Below, one piece after another: positions 35,137-45,809 of a DNA stretch of 64,000 nucleotides; the stretch's first letter is position 1, and every line of letters starts with the position of its first letter. A program made the position numbers and the translations under genes. The notes beneath the pieces were generated by a model that was given only the letters and a program-made list of their open reading frames with translations, searched no databases and was not told the DNA's origin. This stretch comes from Escherichia coli (GTDB lineage: Bacteria; Pseudomonadota; Gammaproteobacteria; Enterobacterales; Enterobacteriaceae). The stretch lies in assembly GCF_044324875.1 (NCBI RefSeq), contig NZ_CP172185.1. One strand, 5' to 3'.

Positions 35137-36591
35137 ATGAGTAAAAACATAATGCACAGTCGGCATGATGAATATCATAAATTAACCCGTGGAGAACGAA
35201 TTGGTTATGGCATGGGCGACTTTGCGCAAAACCTGGTTTTCGGCACAATTGGGGGTTTTCTGGCTTTGCATATGCTGACGGTAAATACCATCAGCACGGC
35301 AACGGCAGGCTTTATTTTTCTTTTTGTCCGCATAATTAACGTGTTTTGGGATCCGATGGTCGGCACCTACGTGGATAAACGAACCTCGAAGGCAGGGAAA
35401 TATCGTCCGTGGCTGTTACGAGCCGGCGTGCCGCTGGTGATCCTCTCGGCATTACTGTTCGCGCCCATCCCCGGAGTGAAAGGTTCGGTGGCTTTCGCCT
35501 TTATTATTTATCTGGCGCTGGACCTGGTTTATTCCTTAGTCAATATTCCCTATGGCTCGCTGAATGCGTCGCTGACCCGCGACCCGGAATCGATCGATAA
35601 ACTGACCAGTACCCGCATGATGCTGGCCAACAGCGCCAACCTGCTGGTCTATACCCTGTTCCCGATGTTTGTGCAGATGGCGGCGCCGAAAGATCGCAGC
35701 CTGAAAGACACCGGCTTTTTTGGCCTTGAGCTGAATATGGGGAATTATGCCGATCCGTCGGCAAATTACGCCTGGTTTGGCGTGTACGCCATCTATATGA
35801 TCATCGGCGCGGTGGCTCTGTTTATCTGTTATAAATTCACCAAAGAACGCGTTGTCGCGACCGCCGAGCAGACCGCCAACGTCAAAACCACCGACCTTTT
35901 CCACGAGCTCCGACATAACCGCCCGCTGGTTATTCTGGGCATGTTCTTTATGCTGGCCTTTACCTTCATGTTCTTCATGAACACTGTTAACGGCTTCTTC
36001 AACCAGTACGTCGTCGGCCACTCCGAATGGATGGGCGCGGTGGGTCTCGTCGCGTCTATTCCCGGCATCGCCTTCCCGATTTTCTGGCCGAAACTGAAAA
36101 AAATCTTTGGTAAAAAAGGCTTCTTCCATCTGTTCCTCGCCATGTTTATCGTCGGCGAACTGCTGACCTACGTCTGGTCCCGCGAAGGGATGCACGACGC
36201 CCTGTGGCTGGCCTACATCGCCACCTTTATTAAACAGTGGGGCTTAACCTCCGCCACCGGCTTTATGTGGGCGCTGGTACCGGAAGTCATCGCGTACGGC
36301 GAATTAAAATCTGGCAAACGCAATGCCGCCATTATCAATGCCATTATGGGACTCTTCTTCAAGATCGGCTTCACCATCGGCGGCGCGATCCCGCTGTGGC
36401 TGCTGGCGGTGTATGGCTTTAATGAAAGCGGCGCCGTGCAGAGCGCCAGCGCCATCGACGGGATCATTATGACCGCGGTGTGGATCCCGATCGCGCTGGC
36501 CGCTATTTCGATGGTGATTATCCAGGTTTATCCGATCTCCGATAAACATGTTACCGACATCAACCGTCAGCTGGATGAGATCCGCGTGTAG
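35137..36591 (+). CDS. GPH-family glycoside/xyloside:cation symporter (XynT/YagG-like)
   Basis: ORF 35098..36591; start taken at MSKNIMHSR...; 12-TM-type protein with GPH N-terminal motif GYGMGDFAQNLVF. Confidence 0.7.
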   Translation: MSKNIMHSRHDEYHKLTRGERIGYGMGDFAQNLVFGTIGGFLALHMLTVNTISTATAGFIFLFVRIINVFWDPMVGTYVDKRTSKAGKYRPWLLRAGVPLVILSALLFAPIPGVKGSVAFAFIIYLALDLVYSLVNIPYGSLNASLTRDPESIDKLTSTRMMLANSANLLVYTLFPMFVQMAAPKDRSLKDTGFFGLELNMGNYADPSANYAWFGVYAIYMIIGAVALFICYKFTKERVVATAEQTANVKTTDLFHELRHNRPLVILGMFFMLAFTFMFFMNTVNGFFNQYVVGHSEWMGAVGLVASIPGIAFPIFWPKLKKIFGKKGFFHLFLAMFIVGELLTYVWSREGMHDALWLAYIATFIKQWGLTSATGFMWALVPEVIAYGELKSGKRNAAIINAIMGLFFKIGFTIGGAIPLWLLAVYGFNESGAVQSASAIDGIIMTAVWIPIALAAISMVIIQVYPISDKHVTDINRQLDEIRV

Positions 36592-36649
36592 TTAAAAAAA
36601 TTATAAATCAGACCGATTCGTCACTTTCCATTTTAAAAGGTGTAATGAA

Positions 36650-38329
36650 ATGTCACTTATTCAAAACCCGATATTACGCGGCTTTAATGCCGACCCCAGT
36701 ATTATTCGCGTCGAGGATACGTACTATATTGCCAACTCGACGTTTGAGTGGTTTCCGGGCGTGCGTTTACATGAGTCGAAAGACCTGAAAAACTGGAACC
36801 TGCTGCCTTCGCCGCTCTCCACCACCACCCTGCTGGACATGAAGGGCAACCCCTCCTCCGGCGGCATTTGGGCGCCGGCGCTCTCCTGGGCCGACGGGCA
36901 ATTCTGGTTGGTGTATACCGATGTGAAGGTCACCGAAGGCGCCTTCAAAGACATGACCAACTACCTGACCACCGCGAAGGATATTCGGGGCCCGTGGAGC
37001 GACCCGATCAAGCTGAACGGAGTCGGGTTTGACGCCTCGCTGTTCCATGACGACGATGGCCGGAAATATATCGTCCAGCAAACCTGGGATCACCGGGAGT
37101 ACCATCACCCCTTCGATGGCATTACCTTAACGGAGCTGGATACCAACACGCTGAAGTTAATGCCGGAAACCGCGCGCACCATCTACCGCGGCACCGCCGT
37201 AGCGCTGGTCGAGGGGCCGCACCTCTATAAACTGAACGGCTACTACTACCTGTTTGCCGCCCAGGGCGGCACCGTGTTTACCCACCAGGAGGTGGTGGCG
37301 CGGTCGAAAACCCTCGAGGCCGACAGCTTTGAAACCGAGCCGGGCGACGTGTTCTTAACCAACGTCGACACCCCGGACAGCTACATCCAGAAACAGGGCC
37401 ATGGCGCGCTGGTCTCCACCCCGGAAGGCGAATGGTATTACGCCTCGCTCTGCGCCCGGCCGTGGAATCGCCCGGGGGAATCCATCTACGACCCGCGCGG
37501 CTGGTCAACCCTCGGCCGGGAAACCGCGATCCAGAAAGTGTACTGGGATGACGAGGGCTGGCCGCGTATTGAAGGCGGTCACGGCGGGAAAACCTTCGTC
37601 GAAGGACCGAAAGACGCCATCTTCACCGAAAGCGCCAGCGATAATAGCCAGCAGGATGACTTTACGTCGCCAGCCCTCGACCCGAACTGGAATACCCTGC
37701 GGGTGCCGTTTACGGCCAAAATGGGCACCACCGGTAACGGCAAATTAACCTTAATCGGCCAGGGCTCGTTAGCCAATACGCATGATCTGTCGCTGATTGC
37801 CCGCCGCTGGCAGGCCTTCTATTTTGACGCCGCGGTGAAGGTGAAATTCGAGCCCTTCAGCTACCAGCAGATGGCCGGGTTAACGAATTACTATAACGAC
37901 CGCCACTGGAGCTTCGTCTTCCTGACCTGGAATGAAATTAACGGCAAGGTCATCGAAGTCGGCGAAAATAACCGCGGGAAATACACGTCGTACCTGAAAG
38001 ATAACGCCATCAAGGTGCCGGACGGCGTGGAATACGTCTGGTTCCGGACCAAAGTCCGCAAGCAGACCTACAGCTATGAATACAGCTTCGATGGCGTGAC
38101 GTTCACCGAGATCCCGGTCCAGCTGGATGCCGCGGTGCTGTCCGATGACTATGTGTTGCAGAGCTACGGCGGGTTCTTTACCGGGGCGTTCGTCGGCCTG
38201 GCGGCGGTAGACTACGCCGGGTACGGCACCCAGGCTGAGTTTTATCAGTTCGAGTATCAGGAGCTGGGCGATAGCTTAGCGGCCGATGGCAGCTACAGCT
38301 GGGAGGCTGGCGAGACGCGGGATAAGTAA
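36650..38329 (+). CDS. Glycoside hydrolase family 43 beta-xylosidase (XynB/YagH-like)
   Basis: 559 aa; MSLIQNPILRGFNADPSIIRVEDTYYIANSTFEWFPGV typical GH43 N-terminus. Confidence 0.8.
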   Translation: MSLIQNPILRGFNADPSIIRVEDTYYIANSTFEWFPGVRLHESKDLKNWNLLPSPLSTTTLLDMKGNPSSGGIWAPALSWADGQFWLVYTDVKVTEGAFKDMTNYLTTAKDIRGPWSDPIKLNGVGFDASLFHDDDGRKYIVQQTWDHREYHHPFDGITLTELDTNTLKLMPETARTIYRGTAVALVEGPHLYKLNGYYYLFAAQGGTVFTHQEVVARSKTLEADSFETEPGDVFLTNVDTPDSYIQKQGHGALVSTPEGEWYYASLCARPWNRPGESIYDPRGWSTLGRETAIQKVYWDDEGWPRIEGGHGGKTFVEGPKDAIFTESASDNSQQDDFTSPALDPNWNTLRVPFTAKMGTTGNGKLTLIGQGSLANTHDLSLIARRWQAFYFDAAVKVKFEPFSYQQMAGLTNYYNDRHWSFVFLTWNEINGKVIEVGENNRGKYTSYLKDNAIKVPDGVEYVWFRTKVRKQTYSYEYSFDGVTFTEIPVQLDAAVLSDDYVLQSYGGFFTGAFVGLAAVDYAGYGTQAEFYQFEYQELGDSLAADGSYSWEAGETRDK

Positions 38330-38411
38330 AAGAGAGTGGGCCCACGCTACCGGTAAGGTAGCGTGGGGTTTGTGGTGTGTTTGATGTAATTAAAGCGAGC
38401 GCTGTCGGATG

Positions 38412-39050
38412 TCAGTCTGTGGGGCGCAGCCGGGCCTTCAGCTCTTCGGGGGTAAACGGCGGATCTCGCCGGTGCAGCATCGCATGGCAGTTGGGACATA
38501 CCGGGATCAGATCGGTTTCAGGGTTCAGGCGGTAGTCCTGCTTTATCCCGGCCAGCGGGATGAGATGGTGGATATGGATAAAGCCCTGGCCGATATCGCC
38601 ATAGCGGCTGGCCATATCCAGACCGCATACCTGACACTGGCAGCCATGCAGGCGAAGCGCCGCCTGACGAGCCTGACGGTCGCGCTCATAGCGATTGACC
38701 ACCACCTGCAACGCCGCCCCTTCCACGTACTCCATGGTCGTCTGCCCCTCATCGGGGAAAAGCGCAACCTCGTCATCGCCAGCGCCCTGCGACGCGATCG
38801 TAAATCCTTGCTCCAGTAACAGACGCACGCATTTTGATTTAATCCCCCCGCTGAAATCCGCCGGGGTAAATTCCGTTCCCGTCGCAAGCGTGGCCGCTAA
38901 CCCGACGATGGCTTTTGAAGGATACCGACGCCCCTCAAACTCGATCTCATACAGACGCGCGCTTTTAAACTGATGCGCAACGCCTGCATCGTAAGCGCGA
39001 ATGGCGGCGATGATGCATTCCCTGGATAAATGGTCCGGTAGTTTTTTCAT
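38412..39050 (-). CDS. HNH-family endonuclease with unassigned ~110-aa N-terminal domain
   Basis: 212 aa; C-terminal CQVCG...HIHHLIPLA...NPETDLIPVCPNCHAMLHRR HNH/zinc-finger core. Confidence 0.7.
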   Translation of the reverse strand: MKKLPDHLSRECIIAAIRAYDAGVAHQFKSARLYEIEFEGRRYPSKAIVGLAATLATGTEFTPADFSGGIKSKCVRLLLEQGFTIASQGAGDDEVALFPDEGQTTMEYVEGAALQVVVNRYERDRQARQAALRLHGCQCQVCGLDMASRYGDIGQGFIHIHHLIPLAGIKQDYRLNPETDLIPVCPNCHAMLHRRDPPFTPEELKARLRPTD

Positions 39051-39229
39051 AAGACATAGCTATCTGATGGCGCGAAGCTTGAGTATAAATAGAAAGCTAT
39101 GGTCTTTTCGAACAAATAACTGGCAGTGATAATTAAATCGCGATCCACGTAGAATCGCCGCATCTGGTAGGTTGATCGGCAAGGATTTTGCGAGCATCAT
39201 CGCATTTATTTAGCTGCCAATGTAACGCT

Positions 39230-40099
39230 ATGCCCTCCAGCACGACCCTGCAACACGCGATCGAGAACATCACCATCTGGCGCAAAGGCGAACAGCGTGC
39301 GCCGCATAAACCACTATTGCTGCTGTACGTCCTCTCGCAATACCAGCGCGGCCATGCGCGGATGTTCGACTACGCCTCGGAGATACGTGATGAGCTGCAT
39401 AGCCTGCTGGAACGCTTTGGCCCGCAGCGCCGCCAGTACCGGCCGGACATGCCCTTCTGGCGCCTGAAAGGCGACGGCTTCTGGGAGCTACACAACAGCG
39501 AACAGTGCTCAACCCAGGGCAGCCGACAGCCGCCCGGCAAAGAGCTGGAGCTCTGCCACGTCGCCGGCGGCTTTGATGAGCAGCATTTTGCGTTACTTAA
39601 CAGAAATAAGAAGCTGATCAATACCCTCGCCCATCAGATCCTCGAGGCGCACTTTCCGGAGAGTATTCAGGAAGAACTGGCTGAAGAGATGGGGTTTGAT
39701 CTGCTGCAGATCCGCAAAGAGCGCGACCCGCATTTTCGCCAGCAGGTGCTGCGCGCCTATAACTATGAGTGCGCTATCTGCGGCTTCAATATGCGCCATG
39801 ATAATACCTCCGTCGCCCTGGAAGCGGCCCATATCAAGTGGAAGCAGCACGGCGGCCCCTGCGAAATCCCTAACGGCCTGGCGCTCTGCGCGATTCACCA
39901 TAAGGCTTTTGATAAAGGATCCATTGGTCTGGATGAGGATATGCGCATCCAGGTTTCGCCGGCGGTGAACGGCGGAGGCATCGTTGGCAGGTTGTTCTGG
40001 GATTTTGATGGTAAGCCGATTACCTTGCCGATGGGGAAAGAATGCTATCCCCAGGAGGGGTTTGTGGCGTGGCACCGGCGGGAGGTGTTCAGGGGATGA
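39230..40099 (+). CDS. HNH-family endonuclease with unassigned ~190-aa N-terminal domain (candidate modification-dependent restriction enzyme)
   Basis: ORF 39188..40099; YNYECAICGF...AAHIKWKQHGGP...NGLALCAIHHKAFDKG HNH core; divergent from the neighbouring HNH gene. Confidence 0.7.
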   Translation: MPSSTTLQHAIENITIWRKGEQRAPHKPLLLLYVLSQYQRGHARMFDYASEIRDELHSLLERFGPQRRQYRPDMPFWRLKGDGFWELHNSEQCSTQGSRQPPGKELELCHVAGGFDEQHFALLNRNKKLINTLAHQILEAHFPESIQEELAEEMGFDLLQIRKERDPHFRQQVLRAYNYECAICGFNMRHDNTSVALEAAHIKWKQHGGPCEIPNGLALCAIHHKAFDKGSIGLDEDMRIQVSPAVNGGGIVGRLFWDFDGKPITLPMGKECYPQEGFVAWHRREVFRG

Positions 40100-41301
40100 G
40101 GGGGATGGTGATAAGCGGGTTTCGATGTTGAGCGTAGGGTTTAGGGATTGGGACTGTGTTTCGGAGAGGATTTCGTGGTTGATCAATGATTGGTCGTGGC
40201 TAGGTTAAAGGACTTATTTATTGATTGTTTTGATATTGATGCGAAGGCCTGACTCAAACATGCGATTTAACCTCATGATTTAAAATTGTTAATAATAAAC
40301 AACACCATCCTATACCAACACAGATACCAACACGAAAAATCACTGGTTTTCGGCATCGAACCAGGACAATCAGGTCCTGATTGAGATACCGAGCTCTGTT
40401 ACTCGTCATCTGCCTCGACAGGCTCCATTGCATCAAGTGGTACTCGCACCATCGCGATAGATCCAATCCGGATAAAAGCATCTTCCCCATCTATATCGGT
40501 TAACTGATATCGCTCACTTGATGCCGGATAATTGTGTCGATTGGCAACAGTGTACTCTTTCGTACAGCCAGAATGTGGCAGACTGAGGTGGAATAGATAA
40601 CGTCCGTATGCCCGCTGACCACCTCCGGGCGGGAGAGTGTGGTATCTGACATCATCATTTTTCCTTTTGGTTTATAAACGAAAACGCCAGCCGTATTCAG
40701 GCTGGCGTCAGGGTAATGAAGCGTGGTGAGTGATATTCACCGGTTCTGGTGCAGAAGCTGCAGATGACGCAGGGTACGGACATCCTCTCTGGCCTGTTCG
40801 ATACAGGGCAACAGTGCTGCCGATGTCAGTAGGCTATTTCCGGTTGATATACCCTGCCCGTAAATTACAGGGCAGGAATAGTATTATTAATTTCGGGAGA
40901 AGCTTAAGGTTGCCACATCGACAGTTTCATCACACAGGTTTTTGTCCTGAAATACTTTCTTATTTTTGACTTTAGCTAGCCATTGCCCGACATGAAGGGA
41001 GGGTACAGTGATGATACCGTCCTCATTACTTACAAAGGTAAGTTCTGCTTTATGAGCCGAATGTTTATGCTCTGCCGCATGAGTATGGCGGGATGATTTC
41101 AGATAACTGACAGAGTCAAGCTCCAGAGTGGCTCCGGCAAGCGGGGAAGTTTTATACAGAACTTTCAGCTTCACATCTTCACCGAAACGACTGATATCGG
41201 ATAACGGAATTAGACTGGCCCCCTGAATCTCCAGACAACCAGTATCACTTAAATAAGTGATAGTCTTAATACTAGTTTTTAGACTAGTCATTGGAGAACA
41301 G

Positions 41302-41667
41302 ATGATTGATGTCTTAGGGCCGGAGAAACGCAGACGGCGTACCACACAGGAAAAGATCGCAATTGTTCAGCAGAGCTTTGAACCGGGGATGACGGTCTCC
41401 CTCGTTGCCCGGCAACATGGTGTAGCAGCCAGCCAGTTATTTCTCTGGCGTAAGCAATACCAGGAAGGAAGTCTTACTGCTGTCGCCGCCGGAGAACAGG
41501 TTGTTCCTGCCTCTGAACTTGCTGCCGCCATGAAGCAGATTAAAGAACTCCAGCGCCTGCTCGGCAAGAAAACGATGGAAAATGAACTCCTCAAAGAAGC
41601 CGTTGAATATGGACGGGCAAAAAAGTGGATAGCGCACGCGCCCTTATTGCCCGGGGATGGGGAGTAA
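41302..41667 (+). CDS. insC: IS2 OrfA (InsC)
   Basis: [56 protein letters not shown]. Confidence 0.9.
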
Positions 41668-42530
41668 GCTTAGTCAGCCGTTGTCTCCGGGTGTCGCGTG
41701 CGCAGTTGCACGTCATTCTCAGACGAACCGATGACTGGATGGATGGCCGCCGCAGTCGTCACACTGATGATACGGATGTGCTTCTCCGTATACACCATGT
41801 TATCGGAGAGCTGCCAACGTATGGTTATCGTCGGGTATGGGCGCTGCTTCGCAGACAGGCAGAACTTGATGGTATGCCTGCGATCAATGCCAAACGTGTT
41901 TACCGGATCATGCGCCAGAATGCGCTGTTGCTTGAGCGAAAACCTGCTGTACCGCCATCGAAACGGGCACATACAGGCAGAGTGGCTGTGAAAGAAAGTA
42001 ATCAGCGATGGTGCTCTGACGGGTTCGAGTTCCGCTGTGATAACGGAGAAAAACTGCGAGTCACGTTCGCGCTGGACTGCTGTGACCGTGAGGCACTGCA
42101 CTGGGCGGTCACTACGGGCGGCTTCAACAGTGAAACAGTACAGGACGTCATGCTGGGAGCGGTGGAACGCCGCTTCGGCAACGAGCTTCCGGCGTCTCCA
42201 GTAGAGTGGCTGACGGATAATGGTTCATGCTACCGGGCTAATGAAACACGGCAGTTTGCCCGGATGTTGGGGCTTGAACCGAAGAGCACGGCGGTGCGGA
42301 GTCCGGAGAGTAACGGCATAGCAGAGAGCTTCGTGAAAACGATAAAGCGTGACTACATCAGTGTCATGCCCAAACCAGACGGGTTAACGGCAGCAAAGAA
42401 CCTTGCAGAGGCGTTCGAGCATTATAACGAATGGCATCCGCATAGTGCACTGGGTTATCGCTCGCCACGGGAATATCTACGGCAGCAAGCCAGTAATGGG
42501 TTAAGTGATAACAGGTGTCTGGAAATATAG
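41625..42530 (+). CDS. insD: IS2 OrfB (InsD) transposase, expressed by frameshift fusion with OrfA
   Basis: 301 aa, DDE integrase core; overlaps orfA in -1 frame. Confidence 0.9.
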
Positions 42531-43032
42531 GGGCAAATCCAGGAATGATTTCAAGCTCATCCCCTATTGGATACTGATAGAGTTGTGCTGGCATCTGCTG
42601 TTCACCAGGAATAAAAGATTTTGCATATTTAGTCACAAACTCACAGTATGCCACATCATTTCTGCCCTCCCGGCTGACAGGCTTCCATCCTGACGAGGTT
42701 CTCGACCAGTATCCCGGTTTCATTTTCGTTGACAGAACGTAGCTATTACCGTTGCCTGCAGTCTCAATTTTATAGACATAATCCGTGGATGTTGGCTTCA
42801 GCGTTATTGTCTCTTTCCCGTTATAAAGCCGGGGAGTTTCAAAGAAATCCCTTCTGTCAGGAATCGTGCCCTTTGAGGGGAAATTATGACCATAACCAAT
42901 CTCTGCGATAACGTTGTTCTCTGCCTGTTTGCCGGTAATCCAGACATCATGGGCCAGGACATGCCCCGATGCTGTCAGACAAAGAGCTAAGATATAGCCT
43001 GTATTTTTCATCATGATTTATTTCCTGAGAGG

Positions 43033-45003
43033 TTACCACTGATAACGGGTATAAAGACTGACAGTTCGGCCTGAAAGCGGCACACCTTTGCCATTCATGG
43101 CAAGCTTGTTGAAGGCATTATCCAGAGTTACTGACGCCTCAAAGCCTTTAACACTTACAGGCTTATAAGACAGTGAAAAGGAATGTATGGCATAGCCAGC
43201 CTGATAGGAGTCGCCTTTTTTCACATGCGTGGCTGATGCTGAAAGTTCAGCACGCCATCCGGCATAAACGCCTCTATGACCAACAGGTATGCTGATGTCA
43301 CTGATAAGTGTGTCAGGATTGCCGGAGCCCAGCCATTCCCTGCTGCTGGCATCCATACTTTCCGTCCGGTTATAAGAAAGCACCCAGTCAACATAATCAG
43401 ACTGGTAATTTCCCTGCATATCCCATCCCCAGATACGGGCCCGGGATACATTATAAGAATAAGAACGCATCCGTTTCATATCCACGCGTGTGGCAATATA
43501 GTTTCTGGCATCCGTTCCGAAATATCCGCCTTTTAACTGCAGCCGGTCATTGTCTGTAAGCAGGCCATCCAGTTGAATACCTGCGCCAATCTCACGGGTG
43601 ATGTTATTTTCTGGTTTCAGATTAAGGTTAGGAACCCAGTAATTGGGTTTACCCTTGCGGTAAAAATGTACATCATCCCTGTACATTTCTGCCATTGTGG
43701 GCGCTCGGAATGCAGAGGATATGGAGCCGTACATCATCAGCCAGTCTGTCGGTGAGACTGAAATCGCCGCCCTTGGGGACAGGCGTTCGGCTTTCAGTTC
43801 TCCGGCACGGGGATTGAAGCTCTTGTACCGGTCATAGCGGGAACCGACGATAATGTTAACAGGGTAGCTTTTCATTGTCATTTCATCCTGGAAATACAAC
43901 GATGTAAAGTCAATATTTCCTTCCGGATATAGTGTGGCAGAGCCTTCTGGCTTCTGCTGCTGACGGTAATATTCAGCGCCATAACTTAACTGATGGGCTC
44001 CCGGAAAAATCAGAGTATGACTCCTGTTGACAACATTAACACCGGAGGTTCTGTTGTTTCTCCATTCTGCCGTTTTGTTGTGACCGTTTGTCTTGATAGT
44101 GATATCACTGAGATATAACGTTGACTGTACATTGATGAGGCTGTTATCCACAGGAGCGTACTGGTACCAGAACTGTACGTCATTTTGTACTGTTTTTCTG
44201 TCACGCAGGCCGCTGTCACCATGTGTCTGAGTGGGATTGCCCGGTTCAGTGGTGTTATTCCGGTAGAGACGCAAGCTGGCACCTGCTTTGTTACTGTCTG
44301 TTATACCGACAGAGCCTTTCGCAAACAGGGCTGCAGGTTTTTCCTTGTTAGGTGCGCGCTCACCATCACTTTGATAGATATTACCTCTTTTACGCATAAT
44401 GACAGAAAGGAGCGCATCTGTTTTTCCGGTTTTACCGAACCAGGTGAGCCCCGAGCCTGTGCTGTGGTCACCACTGGCAATATTTCCCCACAGACTTAAA
44501 CCGTTTGTCTCTCCGGGGGGAAGGAAATCTGCTGCATCGGCAGTTCTGAAGTCCACTACACCTCCCAGCCCGCCACTGCCGTACAGACTGGAGTTTGGCC
44601 CGCGGACAACTTCGATACGTTTGACAAGAGCCGGATCCAGATAAGTGCCACTGCTTTTTGCCATGTCACTAAGTTGGCGGACGCCGTCAACAAGAACAAG
44701 TACCCCGCTTTTGTCATAGCCGCGTAGATTAAAGGTCTGCCCATTGGTCCGTCCTGCACCAGTCTGGCTGAGACCGGCAACACCTTTCAGCATGCCGGCC
44801 GATGTAACCGCATTCTGACTCCACGGTGTGTCATTCGTGACGACACTGACCATCGACGGCGTTTCAAATACCGTGTTCTGATTTCCTGTCGCGACAATGG
44901 TGATTGTATCTTTAGCCATAGAAGAATGACTGGTCGCTGCCTGTAGTCCCACCGGGACTATAATTAATGTACAAATGACAGTTCTGATTACATTCATATA
45001 CAT
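43033..45003 (-). CDS. TonB-dependent outer-membrane receptor
   Basis: 656 aa; signal peptide; plug-domain TonB-box-like region DTITIVATGNQ; C-terminal ...TRYQW terminal aromatic. Confidence 0.8.
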   Translation of the reverse strand: MYMNVIRTVICTLIIVPVGLQAATSHSSMAKDTITIVATGNQNTVFETPSMVSVVTNDTPWSQNAVTSAGMLKGVAGLSQTGAGRTNGQTFNLRGYDKSGVLVLVDGVRQLSDMAKSSGTYLDPALVKRIEVVRGPNSSLYGSGGLGGVVDFRTADAADFLPPGETNGLSLWGNIASGDHSTGSGLTWFGKTGKTDALLSVIMRKRGNIYQSDGERAPNKEKPAALFAKGSVGITDSNKAGASLRLYRNNTTEPGNPTQTHGDSGLRDRKTVQNDVQFWYQYAPVDNSLINVQSTLYLSDITIKTNGHNKTAEWRNNRTSGVNVVNRSHTLIFPGAHQLSYGAEYYRQQQKPEGSATLYPEGNIDFTSLYFQDEMTMKSYPVNIIVGSRYDRYKSFNPRAGELKAERLSPRAAISVSPTDWLMMYGSISSAFRAPTMAEMYRDDVHFYRKGKPNYWVPNLNLKPENNITREIGAGIQLDGLLTDNDRLQLKGGYFGTDARNYIATRVDMKRMRSYSYNVSRARIWGWDMQGNYQSDYVDWVLSYNRTESMDASSREWLGSGNPDTLISDISIPVGHRGVYAGWRAELSASATHVKKGDSYQAGYAIHSFSLSYKPVSVKGFEASVTLDNAFNKLAMNGKGVPLSGRTVSLYTRYQW

Positions 45004-45129
45004 TCATATACATCCGAAAACATATGTCGGTATTAAAATGTTATAACATAACATTTTATTTATGCAACTCTGATTATGTAGCGTTCAGTGATGAACTGTT
45101 AATAATATTCTGTCGATCCGCTAAGTGTC

Positions 45130-45778
45130 AGTGTATGCGGTAAGCCTGCCCTTGAGTCACTGTTTGGCAACTGCTACATCTAAGGTGACGTTATCCGCTG
45201 ACATCGATATTCCCGTGGTGAGAGATAACCTAACGCACTATGCGGGTGGTTCTCATTGTAATTCTCGAACGCCTATGCAAGGTTATGCAATGCCGTTATT
45301 ACATTCGGTTTCTGTATGAACGCAATGTAGTCTTCCTTCATCGTTTTCACTAACCTTTCTGCCATTCCATTACTCTGAGAGCTGCTGATTGCCGTTGTGC
45401 AGGGCTCCAGATCCAACTCTCTGGCGAACTGCCGTGTTTCATGCGCTCTATACGCTGAACCGTTATCTGTCAACCACCGGATGGACTGTTCCGGTACTTT
45501 ATCGCCAAAGAGTTTTTCTATCGCTCCTAACATCACATCCTGCACTGTCGCTTTATTGTAACCTCCCGTATTGGATGCCCAGTCGATAGCTTCACGATCG
45601 CAACAGTCCAGAGCGAACGTAACCCGGACTTTTTCGCCATCATCGCAACCGAACTCAAAGCCATCAGAACATCAACGCTGGTCGCTTTCCTTACCGATAT
45701 TCGGCCTTTATGTTCCCGCTGCGGTCGTGATGGTTTGTCATGTAACAACAGGATATTTTCGCTCATTATCCGGTAAAC
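45130..45778 (-). mobile_element. IS2-like (IS3-family) orfB remnant, separated from its orfA part by IS66 copy 2
   Basis: ...[76 protein letters not shown]... parallels IS2 InsD; frame breaks present. Confidence 0.6.
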
Positions 45779-45809
45779 GGTAAGCGTCAACGGAGCACCG
45801 TATTGACGC

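Larger units (their letters stand above)
41211..42541 (+). mobile_element. IS2 insertion sequence (1331 bp)
   Basis: Left end TAGACTGGCCCCCTGAATCTCCAGACAACC..., right end ...GGAAATATAGGGGCAAATCCA; 5-bp target duplication GGAAT on both sides. Confidence 0.92.
40887..43014 (-). pseudogene. DUF4198-like periplasmic protein gene disrupted by IS2
   Basis: N-terminal part with signal peptide MMKNTGYILALCLTASGHVLA (42542..43014) and C-terminal part (40887..41210) separated by IS2 with flanking GGAAT duplication. Confidence 0.7.

Noticed and set aside
35536-36195. 219-aa minus-strand ORF
   Set aside because: Inside and antisense to the GPH transporter gene
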